The notes beneath the pieces were generated by a model that was given only the letters and a program-made list of their open reading frames with translations, was not told the origin of the DNA and searched no databases. A program made the position numbers and the translations under genes. Of a stretch of DNA of 64,000 nucleotides, positions 1 through 12,964 are shown in pieces (position 1 is the stretch's first letter; the number at the start of each line of letters is the position of its first letter). The DNA lies in NCBI GenBank assembly GCA_002269645.1, contig NIVC01002054.1:1-64000 (forward strand), read 5' to 3'. Source of the DNA: Macrostomum lignano. Taxonomy: Eukaryota.

Positions 1-432
1 ACACGTAGTTGAGGTTTCTTTAAAAAAAGAAGTTCTCTAAGAATAGAATTTATTCAAGCTTAGTTTTCTGGCAAGAAAAGTGGACCTATAGTCAAATTTT
101 TCTTAGAAAACCAGCTTGACCAAATTAAAGTTGCGTATAGGAAGAATTAAGGAAGAATAAGTGACCAACTTAAGATTTCTAAGAATAGAAGTTACCTAAC
201 TAAGGTTTTTTAAGGACCTAATTAAGGTTCTATACGAAGAAAAGGACTCCCAAGGCCTTCAGAGAATATAAGAGACCTAACCTAGATCAGTGACCTTGAC
301 TAAGGTTTTAAGAGAATGCACTCGTAACTGTTCTAAACATTTTTAGCTGAGAAAATCATATCCAGTAGGAATCAAAAGTACATATTCTACATTATGCAAC
401 TGTCTGTCCCAATGACCTCGATCACCACTCAG

Positions 433-1004
433 AAACGGGCAGCCACAGCCAGAATCGGACTATCAACCTACCAGCTGGTCCAGGGTTGACATTGTAAAGT
501 ACATCGGCCTTCAACGCCGAATTCATTCGGCACTGATTGTGAAAAATCGCACGACGGAACATGGACGGGGACGCCGTATCGTGTGTCGATTCTGGGGCTA
601 CCCTCAGGTTGAGAGTCTCGAGTTCAGGCCGCCAACCTCGCCGCACTCGCCTGCCGTCTGTCGGACAATGTCCGGCCATTTTGAGACGATCGAAACCGAG
701 CCCTACATTGACCTGGTGTCGCGACTGCTCAACTGACACCCTGCCGGCTGGCGAGTACAGTTGCTACGGAAGAAATTCTGTTGGCGAGGGACGACTCAAG
801 TGTCGTCTGGATGAAGGACAAGGGGAATTTCTGGGAAACATGACTCAATGCTGGGACACTCTAGCTGAAGATTCTAGCGTTGAGTCTAGCAGGAAAGTTT
901 ACAGGCAGATTGTTGCCAACAATGGGATTAACAAGCCGGAATCAGTTGCCATGGCAACCGCATTTGGTTGCCTAGCGACAGCGTTTTTTGTTTTAATCAT
1001 CTAG
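433..1004 (+). pseudogene. Probable terminal exon of an Ig-domain, possibly GPI-anchored, surface protein; interrupted by a 1-nt frameshift at ~734 (pseudogene or base-call indel)
   Basis: One frame reads ...RRIVCRFWGYPQVESLEF...LVSRLLN then TGA (734-736). Removing T734 continues as DTLPAGEYSCYGRNSVGEGRLKCRL (Ig F-strand G-x-Y-x-C motif) and ends in hydrophobic ...SVAMATAFGCLATAFFVLII*. Candidate acceptor CTCAG at 428-432. Confidence 0.45.
945..979. promoter_or_regulatory. RFX X-box-like palindromes (GTTGCCATGGCAAC 945-958; GTTGCCTAGCGAC 967-979)
   Basis: Perfect 14-bp palindrome matching the X-box consensus, followed by a second imperfect copy. It overlaps the coding tail of the Ig exon, so its function is ambiguous. 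Confidence 0.3.
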
Positions 1005-2040
1005 GCAAACTTTTTTTAAGATTTTTGATATGATATTTTATTATTGTTATTATTGTTAGAACTCTAGGTTAACAGGTGAAGTACTGTATCAACTATTATA
1101 TTGAATATTGGATTGTAAAAGTATTGATTTTAACAAACTGATTACCTCATTTAAAAAAAAAATTATGTTCCTGTGAACACATTTTGTTCTATAATGGCTT
1201 AAACATTGTATACATGCAAGGTTGTGTATTATTTTATCTTGTCAATTAACTATAAGCTTTACTTGGCTAGATCATTGTTGCTTAACTTAGTGCTTTATAC
1301 TTATACAATTAAACGTGTTCCAATATTAAGCTAATGGCCTCATGTGTCTTAACTTATCTCATGATTTTTCCTTATTTACAAGCGCAGAGAACTGAGAGAA
1401 GGACAACCTCAACCTTGATTGACAATTCCTCGTTTAATGCATAGATAGCAATAGTTGAGCTAGGCTAAATAATTGAGAGAGAGAAAAGGATTTGCTAAAC
1501 ATCAAAAAGCCAAAACGTCTATAAAATTAGAGCTGAGTGAATTTGAAATGTTGAGTTTTTAATAAATACACATTTTACCGTCCTGTTAAAATTAGACAAC
1601 CATATTTCATCATTACTACTAAACAGTAGACGGTTTACTACACGCGCTCGATGCTGGAGAAAAACAAACTAATTTTTTTCATAGATAGCTAAATCGATTA
1701 TCCATGATCAATCATACATGTATTTTAGCTTAGAAATCATGAGAGATAGTGCTTTGTTGCTAAAAATTCCAAGTTAATTCCAGTTTAATTCGTCACAATG
1801 TTATAACAACTTTTTCGTCTGTGAGTCTGTATCTGTATGTTACCTTTCGTTTCGGCTTTGTTTCATTCTTACGACTTTGGTTGGAACTTTAAAGTCTTTA
1901 TCTTTATGATTTTAATGTATAAGTATAAAAGACTGCTCTTCATCCCCCATTCCTATTATACATTGCATTCCTAGATGAAAAAATCAGGAAAGCATTGGAT
2001 GTTTAGATAGACTTCTGCTTTCTCCATTCTTGATATGCGT

Positions 2041-2113
2041 GGCCTAGTGGCCTAATGGATAAGGCGTCTGACTTCGGATCAGAAGATTGCAGGTTCGAGT
2101 CCTGCCTGGGTCG
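2041..2113 (+). tRNA. trnR-TCG: tRNA-Arg, anticodon TCG
   Basis: 73 nt GGCCTAGTGGCCTAATGGATAAGGCGTCTGACTTCGGATCAGAAGATTGCAGGTTCGAGTCCTGCCTGGGTCG. Acceptor stem GGCCTAG/CTGGGTC, T-loop GGTTCGAGTCC, anticodon loop CT-TCG-GA, and TTTT Pol III terminator at 2118-2121. Confidence 0.96.
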
Positions 2114-2510
2114 AAACTTTTGTAAAGATTTTATTTTTTGAGTAGAGTCTTTAGCATATCAAGCCCTCTCTAAATAATTTTGTTCCTCTCTAAACGATTC
2201 TGCGCATAAATTGTAGCAACTCATTGAAGTATTATATAGTGGTGCAATATCCGATATGTAGTGTAAGCAACTTTTTACACTGCAGTTAACTAACATTTGA
2301 ATAATAACGGAATGCTGTACAGGCGTGCAGTTTGATATACAAACACTTCATGGCACAAGCGCGCAATTTGTAGTTACTAGCATAAACTGATTGATAAGTA
2401 CATATGCACTTGATTTGACTCAAATCCAACAGATGAAAGGTAATCCGACTTGTATATTGGCTCCATACTCTACAGAGGTCGAGGGGTGGTTTCCTGTAGC
2501 CATTGCAGCC

Positions 2511-2560
<50 letters not shown>

Positions 2561-2913
2561 TGACTGACTGACTGACTGACTGACTGACTGACTGACTGAC
2601 TGACTGACTGACTGACTGACTGACTGACTGACTGACTGACTGACTGACTGACTGACTGACTGACTGACTGACTGACTGACTGACTGACTGACTGACTGAC
2701 TGACTGACTGACTGACTGACTGACTGACTGACTGACTGACTGACTGACTGACTGACTGACTGACTGACTGACTGACTGACTGACTGACTGACTGACTGAC
2801 TGACTGACTGACTGACTGACTGACTGACTGACTGACTGACTGACTGACTGACTGACTGACTGACTGACTGACTGACTGACTGACTGACTGACTGACTGAC
2901 TGACTGACTGACT

Positions 2914-2964
<51 letters not shown>

Positions 2965-3825
2965 TGACTGACTGACTGACTGACTGACTGACTGACTGAC
3001 TGACTGACTGACTGACTGACTGACTGACTGACTGACTGACTGACTGACTGACTGACTGACTGACTGACTGACTGACTGACTGACTGACTGACTGACTGAC
3101 TGACTGACTGACTGACTGACTGACTGACTGACTGACTGACTGACTGACTGACTGACTGACTGACTGACTGACTGACTGACTGACTGACTGACTGACTGAC
3201 TGACTGACTGACTGACTGACTGACTGACTGACTGACTGACTGACTGACTGACTGACTGACTGACTGACTGACTGACTGACTGACTGACTGACTGACTGAC
3301 TGACTGACTGACTGACTGACTGACTGACTGACTGACTGACTGACTGACTGACTGACTGACTGACTGACTGACTGACTGACTGACTGACTGACTGACTGAC
3401 TGACTGACTGACTGACTGACTGACTGACTGACTGACTGACTGACTGACTGACTGACTGACTGACTGACTGACTGACTGACTGACTGACTGACTGACTGAC
3501 TGACTGACTGACTGACTGACTGACTGACTGACTGACTGACTGACTGACTGACTGACTGACTGACTGACTGACTGACTGACTGACTGACTGACTGACTGAC
3601 TGACTGACTGACTGACTGACTGACTGACTGACTGACTGACTGACTGACTGACTGACTGACTGACTGACTGACTGACTGACTGACTGACTGACTGACTGAC
3701 TGACTGACTGACTGACTGACTGACTGACTGACTGACTGACTGACTGACTGACTGACTGACTGACTGACTGACTGACTGACTGACTGACTGACTGACTGAC
3801 TGACTGACTGACTGACTGACTGACT
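2511..3825. repeat. (ACTG)n microsatellite, ~1.3 kb
   Basis: Near-perfect tetranucleotide run with two ACTT variants (~2533, ~2937). Confidence 0.99.
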
Positions 3826-3886
3826 TCTCAGCGCAATTTTATATAGGAAAATAGAAATAGAAATCTTAGCGTAAAATTATATTACT

Positions 3887-6296
3887 TGATGTAACCACGC
3901 TCTGGTCGCGGGATAGGGCATGGGAACTTTTTCGTAAGTGCCTCCTATCCCGTGTACCCCCCTGCACAGAGCCGTCGAGACTCGGCCAGGTTTCCGACCA
4001 GGCCTGGAGACTCCCGCTCTGCTGCACCCCCCTGCTGCCTTGGTTCCGTCTCCCCTGCCGCCACACATGTCTTTCCGGAGCTCCCTGTCCCTCTCTGTAC
4101 CCTCCCCTCTACCTTATCTCCCCTGCACTCCACCCTATTCTTCTGGTACTTCCCCTATCCCCCTCTTTTTGTCTCTCTCTGCACTCTTTTCCTGCGCTGT
4201 CCCCTCTTTCTCTACATCTACTTACAGTATGTTGTGTGCTCACCGTCCTCCCATCCTTTCCCAAACTCCCAAACGGTGACGCAAGTCGTGTGACCCCTTC
4301 TTCCCCCGATGACTCATCGATGACTCATCCCCCTCTCTTGCGCAACCTTTTCTCATGCCATTGTTCTCCTCCCCAAATTTCTCATGCGACACCCACCCCA
4401 CCTCCGCTTCTATTGTTCTCGTTTTTGATTCTTTTGTTCTCTCGACCCCCACCAATTATCACATTTTCTCCGATTTTCTCTTTCTTTTGTTCTCGTTTTC
4501 GCACCTAATTATCACCTTTTCTCCAATGTTTACTTTTCCATTGTCCTTGATTCTCCTCAATTATCCCCGATTTCCAATTCCTTTGTTCTCGACCCCGGCC
4601 CCATTGTTCTCAATGTTTGCTTGCGCAACACTTTCGCGACCACCCGCTGCGCCAATTATCCCCCCACCCCACCTCCGGATTGCGCAATTTCCCTATTTCT
4701 CATGTTGCTATGCCGGTCTCATGTTTCTCATCATGACTCATTCTGACGTCATTCGGCCGGCAGCCAGTTAGAGAGAGGGAGCCATGGAAACGACCTTGGA
4801 GCGGCGGCTGGGAAGGCTATAAAAGGAGGCGGTTTTCGGCATGAGAAGTCTCGGGGAGGTTTGGTTTTTATGACTTTGCCCTGTACAGTCCTCTATAGTC
4901 TAACTTGGCTTTTAGTGTACATTAGTACACTCCCTATTCAGGAAACTTATTTATATCTAGTGGCGTAAGAGCCTATTTCAATGGCTGAGGCGCCGGAATT
5001 ACTTATCAAGTTAAGTTAAGTTAAGCATGAGAAGTCTCAACTTTTGCCCACCTTCGGGCTCCTAGTCTTTCTTTAGACTTGCCGTCAGACTGAGTTCTGA
5101 CCCATTCGTCTATAAGACGAATCCCTGCCGGTCCGCGGTCTGTTACCGCCAAGTTATCTTCAGCTCCCCAAGTGAGCTCGCCTATCGGCCAGCGGTCTGA
5201 CACCGCCCAGCATCATCAGCTTCGCCTGATCTACACCAGCGCCTCGTCGCCTCAGCGCATCGCCGCTTCACCATCTGCCTGACTGCAGCCTACAGCCGCC
5301 CTCGGTCACTCCGCCTCTCTCTCTCTCTGTGCAGCTGCCGGTAAGTTCCTGTTACTAATTTGTGCTCTAATTGCCTTTGCTTATCCGGGGTTTGCCTATT
5401 TTCCATTGTCTGATTAGAGAGCTGAGCCAGTTGTAATACCGTATCTTTTGCTGTATTTTTACTTAATAGTGAAGCCGCCTAATTGCCTGATTATTTGCCT
5501 AAGGGCCGAATTATTAACTATTAACTAACCTCATCATTATTCACTCTTTCACCATCATTTCACTCATGGCTTGCTAAGCCTTTCTCCCGGGGTGGCAAAG
5601 CATAGGGAAGTTTGGGTAAGCTAATGGCCTCTCCCCGTGCAAAGCCTGCCTGTGAGTGCGTGCTGCGGGGCTGCGTGTGCGTGCAGTAGAGGGATTAGCG
5701 AGTCTTGGCACAGAATGGCAGTAGGAAGGTTGCAACCCCATGCTGACGCGTCCCTTCGCCCTGAGCAATCTAAACTGTAGACAGTAACATGTTCGCCTCA
5801 TACTACTCTTAGTAATCAAGGTCGTAAGTCAGCCTCGCTCACAGCCACAAAGGATCCCCTGCTGAGAAATCCTCCAGATTGAGCCCAGAGTTCCCGATCA
5901 TGCCCCAAGCAGAGTCCCTGTACTCGGCTGCATGTGTCTCCCCTGTTAGCCTAAATCTCCTGGTAACCATCCCAGGCGGGGCTCTAGCCTCGAGAGGTCT
6001 GGTAGAAAGATCCAGGTGCGCCAGGTCACATAGAGTGGTGGCAGCCACTCGGTCATACTATCATACTATGACCGAGTGACCAACTATTGCACCTTGGCTA
6101 CAGGTGGGGTCCATGTGGGTCCTTGGCCCTCTGGTCACAAAGCGCTACCAAAGCTACCAATCATGTGGGCGGGACAGTCTGGTGCTGGAGGTCCGTCAGG
6201 TCATTGCCCGGTCATAGGCAGCCTACGGTCATTGCCCCCTCTAGTCATGCGTTCGTCTCTCTACGGAGCGGACAGGCGACAAGGGCGGTTACATCA
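3887..6296 (+). mobile_element. Solo LTR (Gypsy-like), 2410 bp
   Basis: Termini TGATGTAACC...GGTTACATCA form a perfect 10-bp inverted repeat with TG...CA ends. Flanked on both sides by TACT (3883-3886 and 6297-6300), a 4-bp TSD. Internal TATAAAA at 4818. No PBS, PPT or RT sequence is adjacent. Confidence 0.7.
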
Positions 6297-6570
6297 TACT
6301 CTATAAAAGGTCGAAAGGTCGTTAATCACTTTGTCACTAAAATATCCTTAATCCCCTTCCAGTTCAACTCTCTATTTAAGAATGTTCTTGACAGAGGTTT
6401 CTATCGCTTATTTTTCAGCACAATGCTTGTCACCCTTGTCAGATTGAATGTGTCGTTATCCAGTCAGGATATTTTCAAGATGGAAATTTTGCAACTCCGC
6501 AAATTCCTGTAGTCGCCACTGGAATTTTTTGTTGCAATATTCAGAAAACAAAAGACAGAAGAAGTGAATT

Positions 6571-7312
6571 AGGGAGACAGGAGAGGTGGAGATGGTAGAC
6601 AGGAGAGGTAGATATGGCAGGCAGGAAAGGTAGATATGGGAGACAGGAGAGGTAGAGAGGGGAGACAGGAGAGGTAGAGAGGGGAGACAAGAGAGGTAGA
6701 GAGGGGAGACAGGAGAGGTAGATATGGGAGACAAGAGAGGTAGAGAGGGGAGACAAGAGAGGTAGAGAGGGGAGACAAGAGAGGTAGAGAGGGGAGACAG
6801 GAGAGGTAGAGAGGGGAGACAAGAGAGGTAGAGAGGGGAGACAAGAGAGGTAGAGAGGGGAGACAAGAGAGGTAGAGAGGGGAGACAGGAGAGGTAGAGT
6901 GGGGAGACAAGAGAGGTAGAGAGGGGAGACAGGAGAGGTAGAGAGGGGAGACAAGAGAGGTAGAGAGGGGAGACAGGAGAGGTAGAGAGGGGAGACAGGA
7001 GAGGTAGAGAGGGGAGACAAGAGAGGTAGAGAGGGGAGACAGGAGAGGTAGAGAGGGGAGACAGGAGAGGTAGAGAGGGGAGACAAGAGAGGTAGAGAGG
7101 GGAGACAGGAGAGGTAGAGAGGGGAGACAGGAGAGGTAGAGAGGGGAGACAAGAGAGGTAGAGAGGGGAGACAGGAGAGGTAGAGTGGGGAGACAGGAGA
7201 GGTAGAGAGGGGAGACAGGAGAGGTAGAGAGGGGAGACAGGAGAGGTAGAGAGGGGAGACAGGAGAGGTAGAGAGGGGAGACAGGAGAGTTGGATAGAGA
7301 GACAGGAGAGTG
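6571..7312. repeat. 22-bp minisatellite GAGAGGTAGAGAGGGGAGACA(G/A)
   Basis: Direct tandem copies; explains the 22-aa periodic ORFs on the minus strand. Confidence 0.95.
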
Positions 7313-7341
7313 GAAGAAGGACCCATAAACCATATCTTCAG

Positions 7342-7428
7342 GGTTAAGCTGCTTGGAGACACCAGAATTGAGGAAACAAATGACGGTTCTCACGAATGCG
7401 GACTGTGCCGCAATATTGCAGCGGCCCG
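7342..7428 (+). other. Candidate orphan 87-nt exon
   Basis: ATCTTCAG acceptor and GTGAGT donor at 7429; two of three frames are open; parent gene not identified. Confidence 0.25.
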
Positions 7429-8162
7429 GTGAGTCACGCACTGCAGTCTGATAGCTATTCAACCAATCAAGTTGCCGCGCAGTTTGACAATTCAAAGTTG
7501 AGAATTGCAGCGCTGTGACTGGAGGGAGAGAGAGGGGGAGGGATTAGAGGGAGTGGGGAAAAGTCGGCAGCTAGTAAGGATTGGGCCAAAAGCTACCCTC
7601 CCCGCACTATTTTTTAGCTGCAACTGCAACAGCAACTGCAAGAAGTGCACCGGCCCTCCTTGCTCTAATCTCTCTCACTACTGTCTCTTGCCTCTGAGCC
7701 ATTTTCAACAACAATTCATAATCCGATTAATATATATCATTGATTGAAACACGGTTTCTTTTTAGAAGCAAAATGAATTGCAACATGAAATAATTTTGCC
7801 ATAAAAACGCTGGTAAGTGAAATGAAGTTCTTGTGCTAAGTTTTGTTTGAATGTGTCCAAAATTATGAGGTCCCGGTCAGTGTTCTGTTTTTAGTTAATT
7901 TTCCCACTGGGAATTTTCTATTGGTCATGCAGAGACTCGCTTGACCAGGAAGACGGCTCGGGCTGCCTCAGCGCGGTTTACTTAAAGCTAAAAAAGTTAC
8001 CATCAGCAAACAGGGATACCGGCTGCTGGAAGCACTCGGGCAATGGATTGAGGCTTCTCATGTTTGGCTTTGCTGGGGGGATGGCGGCATCTCCACTGAT
8101 GTTTGTGTAGAGTTGATTTAGGCAGGGGCTGCTTATGGGAGGCTGAATCAGCTGTTTTTCTT

Positions 8163-8600
8163 TAGCTCAGACTAGCTCAGAGAGTAGCTCAGAGAGTAGC
8201 TCAGAGTAGCTCAGAGAGTAGCTCAGAGAGTAGCTCAGAGAGTAGCTCAGAGAGTAGCTCAGAGAGTAGCTCAGAGAGTAGCTCATAGAGTAGCTCAGAG
8301 AGTAGCTCAGAGAGTAGCTCATAGAGTAGCTCAGAGAGTAGCTCAGAGAGTAGCTCAGAGAGTAGCTCAGAGAGTAGCTCAGAGTAGCTCAGAATAGCTC
8401 AGAGAGTAGCTCAGAGTAGCTCAGAGAGTAGCTCAGAGAGTAGCTCAGAGAGTAGCTCAGAGAGTAGCCCAGAGATTAGCTCAGAGAGTAGCTCAGAGAG
8501 TAGCTCAGAGAGTAGCTCATAGAGTAGCTCATAGAGTAGCTCAGAGAGTAGCTCAGAGAGTAGCTCAGAGAGTAGCTCAGAGAGTAGCTCAGAGAGTAGC
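8163..8600. repeat. 12-bp minisatellite AGTAGCTCAGAG (array 1)
   Basis: Tandem 12-mer with some 10-mer deletion variants. Confidence 0.95.
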
Positions 8601-9243
8601 TTAAAACATCCCCGATTGAGCCCTAGCTGACTTGAACAATAAGATTAGGGTTATATTCGAGTATCTGGCCATGAACGGCAAGCGGTACAAATTTCTGACA
8701 ATCAATAACCATGTGCCGTAACTGCGGGACGAACAAACAATCTGTAAGACAGGAAATGCCAATGGAACCTTTGCCCCCTTCAAAGATTGATGATTCATTG
8801 GTGTCTTCCTTCCTGTCTTCTTCAGTCCGCATTGGGGCATCTCTTATTGCCGCCAGAGCTATCCACGGAAACAGTCAGGAATGATACTTGGCCCATTTCC
8901 TTTCCTGGCATCACAGAGATTAATCTTGGATTATCGTTGGGGATAAATTTCAACCATCGATTGGAGAGCGAGAAAAATGATTAATGAAAAATATGGCACA
9001 GTCATTTTTATTGTCATTTTTATCGCGGGATTGCGATTAATTTTGTTCAGTGATTGAATTGGCGAGAAGATGCTGAGAGGCGATGACGGAGTTGTCCTAA
9101 TTGAGTGGCGAATTACAGTTTAAGGAAAATATCTTTGAAAATGTAGAAATGCTGCTTTTGATTGCTAATGACTCCATAGTACACTGTTCTTCATTCACTG
9201 GTCTGATGTAATCTAGATAGTCAGGCAATCACCCACTCACTCA

Positions 9244-9770
<527 letters not shown>

Positions 9771-10271
9771 TACTTAATCATAGACCATTCAGATCATGAA
9801 GAACTAAGTCCCATATAAGAATGATCTCACACCCAGTTTCTATTCGATCCCATAGTTGGAGTGAAGCAGATTTTGGCCTTCGAGAAGAAACCGAACTCCA
9901 TAGGCGAGAAAATGTGAGCACAGGAACCACCGATTCCCTGACAGCAGTCACAGCAACCTGGGAGCCCTCCAGATGGTAGTGTGACGGCCATTCTGCACCG
10001 CTTGGGCAGAGAGGGTTAAAGATTGACAGAGAAGACAGCAGGGGGAGGGGGCGTCGGGGCAAAGGCACAGGCAGGCAGTTGAGTAGGGAAATGAGCACAG
10101 ACAGAAGAATTTCTCTCTGATGTGCGGCCACCTTAAGTGCCACCTGTTGGACTTCCACGCTAAGATTCATGCGATGGTCCTGCGCGTTGGGAATGGATTT
10201 CTTAATGTCATCTCAGGTAGCGAGACTACATATGTGAAGAAAAGTGTGCTGTTGAGGCCAGGAAAAAACTA

Positions 10272-10570
10272 CAGTAGCTCAGAGTAGCTCAGAGAGTAGC
10301 TCAGAGAGTAGCTCAGAGAGTAGCTCAGAGAGTAGCTCAGAGTAGCTCAGAGAGTAGCTCAGAGTAGCTCAGAGTAGCTCAGAGTAGCTCAGAGTAGCTC
10401 AGAGAGTAGCTAAGAGAGTAGCTCAGAGAGTAGCTTAGAGAGTAGCTCAGAGTAGCTCAGAGAGTAGCTAAGAGAGTAGCTCAGAGAGTAGCTCAGAGAG
10501 TAGCTCAGAGAGTAGCTCAGAGAGTAGCTCAGAGAGTAACTCAGAGAGTAGCTCAGAGAGTAGCCAGAGT
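10272..10570. repeat. 12-bp minisatellite AGTAGCTCAGAG (array 2)
   Basis: Same unit as 8163-8600. Confidence 0.95.
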
Positions 10571-11889
10571 AGCGCACAGAGTACCTCAAAGTAGCCCAGA
10601 CAAGCTCCTTTCAGAGTAAAAGCTTTCCTCGTCAACCGGCAAGGTGTATGCCACTTTTTGTACTAAAAATATCCCAATCCATACCGTTTGCCCATGCAGC
10701 CCGCTTTTTAAAGAAAATCGTTTCTCAACTCAACTCAACGACTGGAAGCAAGTCATTGGCAAAGCACGAAGGGGGATTCTGGACAGGAGCGGGTTGGGGT
10801 CTGTTTGGGTGGGGTATCGGAGAAAGTGTGGATGAGGGGTACTTGTGACGCCAAAAGCTACCGTGCCAGACTCTCTCAGGACTACATGCCAGTTCTCCTG
10901 GGGGGGGGGGTTGTGTAGAAAAAATGGAAGAGGAAAAAGGAAATGGGATAAAAATCAAGCCGACAGTTGCCGGCCGATGTCTGGGGGGGGGGGGTTGCAT
11001 GGGGATATTATATAGTGCGCTTTCGCATACAGCCGCAACTGGGATTCTTCTCCCCTACCGTTAATTAACGCCTTGGGGAAATCTTTAAAGAAATCGATCC
11101 ACGCTTTCCCATTGGCAGGAGAAGAAAAGGGGGAGTTGGGGATTGGGTTGGGGGAGGGTCGCATTGTGCCCGACTGTTTTGGCTGCTCAACTCGCCTTCT
11201 TCGCTTACAACAAAAAAGCCCCCGTTAAAGAGAGCCATCAGACTTTGCCCCCAGTGGGGGGTGGCTGACTGGGTTGGGTAAGCGAAAATTCATTGAGCAA
11301 TTTTTTTTCATAGCTTTGCCACAGCGTTGGCGCGCTGGTGAACGGGAAATACGACTGCTAAACTACATGCTTTACCTTCTCTGTATGGGAGAAGAAGTGA
11401 GAGAAGAGGCGAGAGAGAGAGAGTCTGAATGAGCAGTTCATCAGTTAGTGGAGTTTTCAGAGGAATTTGACAAGCACGACAGGCGAAAGTGTTCCAGAGT
11501 GAGCTGCTTGCTCTGAGCTATTCTCATGTGAGGCTAAAACTGAGATGAAAGCTTGCGCAGTGGCAAAAGACGCGAAAGATTATAATACTCGGGAGTATGA
11601 ACCATTGAGGCCCAATCTTCGTGCACGCACAAGCCCAAACCGAATCGAACCGAATCAAACCAACGGCCGTGATGCCAGAGTCCTTTGTGCCAAAATGTGG
11701 GTCAGGAGTCGCCAAATATTGCGTCAAGAGCGCTAAAAAGGGTTGGCGCCTACTGTACTGTGCTGTATCAGTTTGAGACGCATCGCAGCAAGAGCCCACT
11801 CCACTCGCCGTTCTCAGGTCAACTCTCCGATCTTGAGCAGCAACGGCAGCAGCTGCAGCAGCTGGCGGCAGCGTACGATCCGGAGGAAC

Positions 11890-12378
11890 ATGCGGCAGCT
11901 CCGTCACGATCCGCTGCTGTGGCCGTCGCTGTTGCTGCTGCTGCTGCACCGCTCGGCAGCCGCAATGTCCATCCCAGTGGCGCTCCGCCTGGCCATTGAC
12001 GAGGAACTTCCAGTGGGCCGACAGATCGCCAACTTCCGAGCCGAACTAGAACGTCAAGGCCATCTGCTGTCAAGTCGGGGCGTTGAACCGGACTTCCGTC
12101 TGTTCAACTCGGATCCGCCGGGGATGGGTCGCTACTTCCGGTTGGACCCGACATCCGGTCTGTTGTCCATGGGTCGCAGGTTGGACAGGGACAGTCTGTG
12201 CTCAGAGGCGGCGGCCTGCTGCAACTCGAACGAGCAGTGCCGCACAATGCTTCAGGCTCGGAGCGATCGAGAATGGACCTATATTGTGTCGCTCAATCTG
12301 GTGGTGAAGGATCTGAACGACAATGCGCCCAAATGGAATGTCAAAGAGATTGTCAGAGAGTTCAGCGAAGGTGCAGCG
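11890..12378 (+). CDS. Pcdh: Protocadherin exon 1: signal peptide + EC1. Gene = join(11890-12378,12965-13372,13653-14033,14556-15144,21054-21905,26660-26913,27376/27576-27660,28490-28740); 7 EC + TM + cytoplasmic tail
   Basis: ATG 11890, MRQLRHDPLLWPSLLLLLL... signal peptide, DEE, LDRDSLC...C, DLNDNAP; GTAAGT donor at 12379 (phase 0). Confidence 0.92.
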
Positions 12379-12964
12379 GTAAGTGCCTTTAGCACTTTTG
12401 ATAAGGGCCATTCATTATTGAATATTTTTTAGGTAGTGGCGGTAACCTACAAGCCTCAAACGTTTCAGCAGATGATTTCGTAAGCTCAAGCATTAACATC
12501 GTTGGAAACTTTCACTCTTAACCTCTCTCTCTGTCTCTTATCATCCTTCTTAATGCACTTAGGGGCAAGGAAAGTCAAGATAAGGATAGCATTCAGTTGT
12601 AGGCAAACATCCATGGTCGGCACGAAACCCGCTTAAAAGCTTTACCGATCATAGGAATGTTGCGCTATTACCCTTTTAACCCTATGACCCTCGTTTTGGG
12701 CGCTCAGACATAGGAAAATGCTAATATGTTGATAACTGATTGGCCGATTATCCAAAAGATTATCCAACTTTGTGTTCCGTTTATTCTGGGAACTCTGGAA
12801 GCTCGGCTAAAATTTATCGTCACGATGAGCGTCAGAGCCAACACCTAAGGCACAAAGAGTGTAAATATGCCTGTAAGCATGCCTGCTTGCGTCCTCACGG
12901 GCTACGGACTGACGACTGTCGCCCTAATTTGAAAGATAATAATATTCCACTAATGAATTCACAG

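Noticed and set aside
6301-6310. CTATAAAAGG repeating the LTR TATA context at 4817-4826, as a sign of a second LTR
   Set aside because: Similarity stops at 10 bp, and the site lies outside the TSD-bounded element.
11743-11889. Upstream non-ATG start of track ORF 11743-12432 as the protocadherin N-terminus
   Set aside because: ATG 11890 directly precedes a signal peptide, and the ORF's last 18 codons lie beyond the donor at 12379.
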